A DNA stretch of 64,000 bases from the human T2T-CHM13v2.0 reference genome, Homo sapiens. The position numbers and the translations under genes were made by a program. Location: the NCBI RefSeq assembly GCF_009914755.1, contig NC_060930.1; one strand, given 5' to 3'. Under the pieces are notes generated by a model that had not been told where the DNA came from, searched no databases, and saw only the letters and a list, made by a program, of their open reading frames with translations. This document shows, piece by piece, positions 59,117 through 64,000 of this stretch. Within the stretch, counting starts at the first letter, position 1. Each line of letters begins with the position of its first letter.

Positions 59117-60538
59117 TGTCTATACAAGCAGAAAAACCTTGACCCTGGGAAACTCAACAGCACAGTTCTTCAATATATCAATTTTAAGGAAAAGAAATGG
59201 ATGATCTATACACTATAAAATGCATATCAAATAAATGATGTCTAGGATGCATAACTGAGTGACGAGACCATTTTTAAAATGCAAGGGAGTGATAATGCTA
59301 GGAAGGCCAGGTAGTGATTACTTTTCATGGGAGGGGGCAATGGTGGGGACAAGGCATATGGAGGCCGTCCTAGGGTGTCTGGCAAAGCTCTATTTCCTGA
59401 CTTGCATGGCATTTACAAGGATATTTGCTTCACTTTATAAAACTCCACTAAGCTACGTATTTGTTTGATGTGGTTTTCCATATCTATGTTTTATTTTACA
59501 ATGAGCAAGCTTAAAAGAAAACAATAATCTCAACAAAAAGATACAAATACTATTACTGTGTAAAGAATACTAACCTTTGAGTCAGACAGGCGTAGATTTA
59601 AGGCCTGATTTCACACACACGCGTGCACACACACACACACACAGGGTGGGACCCTTGACTTCCCTGAGTCTCAGCTTCTAGTATGAAAAATGGTGATAAT
59701 AGAACTTAATAGTGCCAGCCATCTAATAGATACTCCATACATATTAGCTTTACTATTTTCCCCTTTCTTGTCTTCTTAAGTGTTTCCTGGAATGTTTAGC
59801 ATGGCTGAAACCACGTAGGGTTAGTTAGCAAAGAATGTAAGAGGATTCATGGAGGAGTCCTGAGCAGGATTACTAAATGACAGAGATGGGCTATTCACCA
59901 AAGGATGTGGTGGTAACCCAGTGGGGAGGGAGGAGGGCACGTGGAAAGAGCTGCTGAGCTACACATATTGAGCTCTGTGAGTGAGTTTGCCTGGAGGAGG
60001 TGACTGAGGGGCATTTTGCCAACCCAAATGCCCAGAGTATGGGAAGCAACACAAAGGAGGGAAGCAGTTTCCATGCACGTAGAGTCCATCGTCATGAGTG
60101 CAGTGAGAAATGGTGACCGCCCCTTGGCCTCAGTGACACAAGAGGGAGTGGGTGTGGCTTATGATGCTTCTAAACCCATGTTTGGGCATGGTTTCCAAAA
60201 GCCTGTTAACTACCAGAACGTACATCCTGTAAGTTTCCCACTAGCCCTTCAAATCCTCAACAGGGAAAAGAGCAATTTATTCCTGCATTAGAAATAGATT
60301 GTTCACTCTGGGATCGCTCCTGACAGGGGAGGCTTCTTTCATAGAACACTGACACATTACGAAGGTCTTCACCTCACACACACAGCCGACCACACCAGAG
60401 ACTGCGACCCTAATCCAAGCTACAAAAGCTACAGAATAGGCCCACTGGAAAAGAAATACAGGCCCGCGCAATAATATTTACTCATGTTTACATTGCTGCT
60501 TATTTAAATGAATGCTCATCCTCACTGGGTTTCTTTTA

Positions 60539-60577
60539 TTAATGGCAAAAACCACGATTACTTTTGCACCAACCTAA
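60539..60577. mobile_element. MADE1 half element
   Basis: 'taatggcaaaaaccacgattacttttgcaccaacctaa' followed by TA; the other inverted arm is absent. Confidence 0.85.
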
Positions 60578-60794
60578 TAGAATGTTACACCCTTCCTGGC
60601 AATTCCTATATCCTATAAGCAATCAATGAATAAGCTTGATATACAGGGCATGAATGAAGAAATCAGGGCTGAAAGTTGCCCTTTAGACATCAATGGCAAG
60701 AGAAAAACCAACCCAACCAACCCAAGTGAAGAGGCAACTAGGGAAAGCCAGATCTGTTGAATTAATTTAATTAATTATTTGGAATAACACGTAA

Positions 60795-61020
60795 CTCCAT
60801 TTAGCTCTTTTTGTGCACTAGGCGCTGTGCTAAGTGCTTATTTGCATTAACTCCTTTGACCTTCACCAACAACCCTTTGAGCTACAAACTCTTACAGGCT
60901 CTGTTTCACTGAAAGGAAACTGAATTCAGAGAGCTTGAGTAGCTTGCCCAAGGTCACACCACTAGTAAATGGCGAGACAGGATGAAACTCGTGTCCTCTG
61001 ACACCAAAGTCGTATACTCA
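60795..61020 (-). mobile_element. MIR
   Basis: 'aggcgctgtgctaagtgct...gaaactga...cttgcccaaggtcacaccactagtaaatggc'. Confidence 0.8.
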
Positions 61021-61418
61021 GTTCTCTCTCTGATGTCTCCGCTAAGGAAACCTGTGTGATACTAATTCAGGTTGTTACTCTGCTTCTTCTCATTGGTTTT
61101 TTTTTTTTTTTTTTTGAGAGTCTCGAGATAAAAAATGCCATTTAGATGTTATTCAGTGGAGGCATCTGAACCTGAGTGGACCCAACCAACCACCCCAAAT
61201 CCAACTGAGATACTAAAGTGGGGTGGCAGCAGACGGCATCTTCCAGGCCACCAGCTGCACCACTCACTTCCTGGAAGGAAGAGGGCACAGAATGGGGAGC
61301 TTGAGGCCTGGTTCAGAGTCCGGTACCAGCACTGACCAGCCATGACTTGGATAAGTGACTGAACCTCCCTGATTCTGCTTTCTCATGCATAAAATAAAAT
61401 TCTAAAATATTCTGCTTC

Positions 61419-61760
61419 GAGGTAAATTGTATTTCAATGGGTATAAAGTTACGATTACACAAGATGAGGATGTTCCAGAGAGATGCTGGACAATGTAGTA
61501 TGTAGAGTTTGAAATGAGGTATTGTATACTTAAAAATGTGTTAAGAAGGTGGATTTCATGCAGTGTTAATACCATAAAAAAAAAAGAAGGGACACAAAAA
61601 ATTTGAAGAGGTGATAGACGTATTTATTATCTGCATTGGGGAGAGAGTAACATGAGTTGTATACATTTGTCCAAACTCACCAAATTAGATACATTATTAT
61701 GTGCAGTTTTTTGATATACTAATTATACTTCAATAAAGTGGAGGAAAAAATTCATGAAAA
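61419..61760 (+). mobile_element. L1MB (L1MB2/3-like) 3' end inserted into a MIR
   Basis: 'tcaatgggtataaagtt...gtccaaactcaccaaatt...aattatacttcaataaag'; TSD taaaatattctgcttc / taaaatattccactcc. Confidence 0.75.
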
Positions 61761-62308
61761 ATAAAATATTCCACTCCACACTGGTTGTTGGAAAGATGAA
61801 ATAAGATCGTGAGTACATATCAACCTGCAAATGCTCAAAGTTTGTCTTCCTCCTCCTTTATCCTGCACCGCCACGAACTTCACCCTCATACACAGCACGC
61901 CCATCTCTGACTGGAACACTGTCTGAGTAAAAGGCCGCTATTTTGTTTTGTTTGGTTTTGCTCCTCTTAAAGTATCCACACATCATCCCAAGTTCAGCAC
62001 ATCTGAGAATGTTTATCCCTACAGCATTTTCAAAATTGGTCCAAAATCTCCATCAGAATCTGTTCTGGAAATAGTGTCATTCCTCAGATAAGTTGTGGTC
62101 ATGAGAAGACACAGAATGTTACAGACAGACTTCTCCCAATGCCGTCTGGAGACTGTCCCTTTGAACAAGAAAACTGCTAATTCAAAAAAGTCCCCTGCCT
62201 CCCACGGTGGAATGTAAAAGAGAGACACCAGCCACTCAGATGTTTCCTTCGGCTTCCTTTCTGTCCAGTCTGGGGGAAAGAGGGATTCTGGAGAGCAAAG
62301 CATTTCTT

Positions 62309-62557
62309 CTTTTTGTTTTCTTTTACGTTCCGGGGTACATGTGCAGGACGTGCAGGTTTGTTACATACGTAAACGTGTGCCATGGTGATTTGCTGCACCT
62401 ATCAACCCATCGCCTAGGCATTAAGCCCAGCAAGTCCATATTTTTCCTGATGCTCTCCCTCTCCCTGCCCGGCCCCCCGACAGGCCCCAGTGTGTGTTGT
62501 TCTCCTCCCTGGGTCCATGTGTTCACATTGTTCAGCTCCCACTTATAAGAGAGAACA
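62309..62557 (-). mobile_element. L1PA10/11-like 3' end
   Basis: 'gctgcacctatcaacccatcgcctaggcattaagcccagca'; 17-bp TSD agagcaaag(c/t)atttctt (62292-62308 / 62558-62574). Confidence 0.9.
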
Positions 62558-64000
62558 AGAGCAAAGTATTTCTTTGTTCTGCACCCAGCACCCAGCTGAA
62601 GAGGAGGAGCAGGGGGCACTGAGAAGGGGCATGTCCCACCCTGCCCAGGGTCTCCGGCTGGCACACATTTCCTGGTGATGGGCCAACACCTGTCTTTCCA
62701 AGACCTGGTGCCCTCAGATTTCACCAACCTCAAGAAAAGAAAGAGGAAATGTTAAATGCTGTCTAAGGTGTCTGCTTTACCTTACTAAAAGCCTTTATAG
62801 GAGATTATTAACTTCAAAAGAAAACTAAACTTATCCTTACTTCTTTCCCTCCCAAGCCCAGAGAAGGCCCACGCTGGGCCTGTCTGCATCATCAGGGGCC
62901 CCTGGGAAGGTGGCCAGGCCTTGGTTCCCATGCCTAGGTGCTAACTGACTCTTACACCCACTCTAGAAAAAGAAAGGGGTTTTTTCCTCCCTCAGAAGTA
63001 CATGGCTTCTCTGGGTAAAAATACAATTACTATAGACTTATAGGTAAAGAATTGGAATAAAAGAAGTAGAATATAAGAAACTACACTGCAAATGTGTTAG
63101 CTTCTTAAGGGTCTCCAAACCGCCAAACTTTACCCTTAATGAGAAAATCCTGAACCCAGACAAAACTTCTCCAGTTCTTACGACTTGTTACCAATAAAGT
63201 GTATTTTTCAACATTTAGATGATAATATACAATGATTCCTACACAGATTTAACTGAGCAAAGGGCATGTTTCCATCCCTCCATTTGCATGTATAAATTTA
63301 ATTGATGTGTGTAAATGTAAATGATGTTATTTTTAAATTGTATATTTACTATCAATGCATTGGTTTGGAGACTCTTTTACCTTAAATGGAGTTTTCACTC
63401 TTTGCCCCTCGGGATTTCAGGTCTAAGCCGTAGTCACCAGAGGATTCTCATGCCAGCGTCCCACACCTCCCAACCCTTCTCTAAAAACCACCATTTTCAT
63501 CACATTCTCAAATCTCCCCTCATGGCTCTTGGACTTAGCTGTTTCTCATAGATGTCACCTCAAAATGGCCTTAGCTGCACTGCTCTAGTTCTGTGATCTC
63601 CCATGACCCAAGCTTGGGACTCAGGCCTCTGCCCAAGGCTGTCACTAGATGTTACACGTCCCAGTGCACCCCTGGCCTGGCAGAAAGCACAGGGGCCTAT
63701 TCCTCAGGCTCTCGTAGGCCTGTCCGGAAGAATTCCAGTATTGGAAGGGGTGTGGTGTGGGCATGTTGTACCCCACAAAGAATCCTGGCAGAGAGACAAA
63801 TCCAGGAGGGCACCGCTGTGGAGAGGCCATGCAGACTCAGCTCCAGCTGGCCCTGAAGGGGTGTGTGCTCTCTGCCCCCCGCCTTGTCACTGGAGAGCAG
63901 GAACCTGTCATAGGCCTCTCAGGAGACCCATTGTTGCCCTCCCAAGACCTAAGAGTGTTCGCATAAGTAAGTGCAATGAAGCCTCTCTAGTCCCTGCTCA

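Overview
This is repeat-dense primate genomic DNA (human-like: it carries AluY and L1PA3). I recognise no protein-coding gene, RNA gene or CRISPR array. Almost every listed ORF is either a remnant of a transposable element (L1 ORF2, Alu, THE1) or chance. Subfamily calls were made by eye from recalled consensus motifs and need RepeatMasker/Dfam confirmation. The main structure is an old L1ME-type LINE (~12.6-28.7 kb) split by a ~10.8 kb nested stack: Charlie1, an MST LTR fragment, L1PA3, a MER4-group ERV1 internal sequence and a THE1D provirus. Long L1s and MaLR LTRs lie mostly on the + strand, and several - strand segments have good splice sites, which suggests an intron-rich transcription unit on the - strand. 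I did not find a new biological system. The best leads are retrotransposition oddities: (1) a TSD-flanked 1.3 kb piece of older genomic DNA inside the ERV; (2) a 70 bp local duplication attached to the tail of an L1PA13; (3) an L1PA3 with a short 3' transduction and no TSD; (4) a twin-primed L1PA4 that shares a non-consensus variant with the neighbouring L1. Candidate exons and enhancers are also listed.
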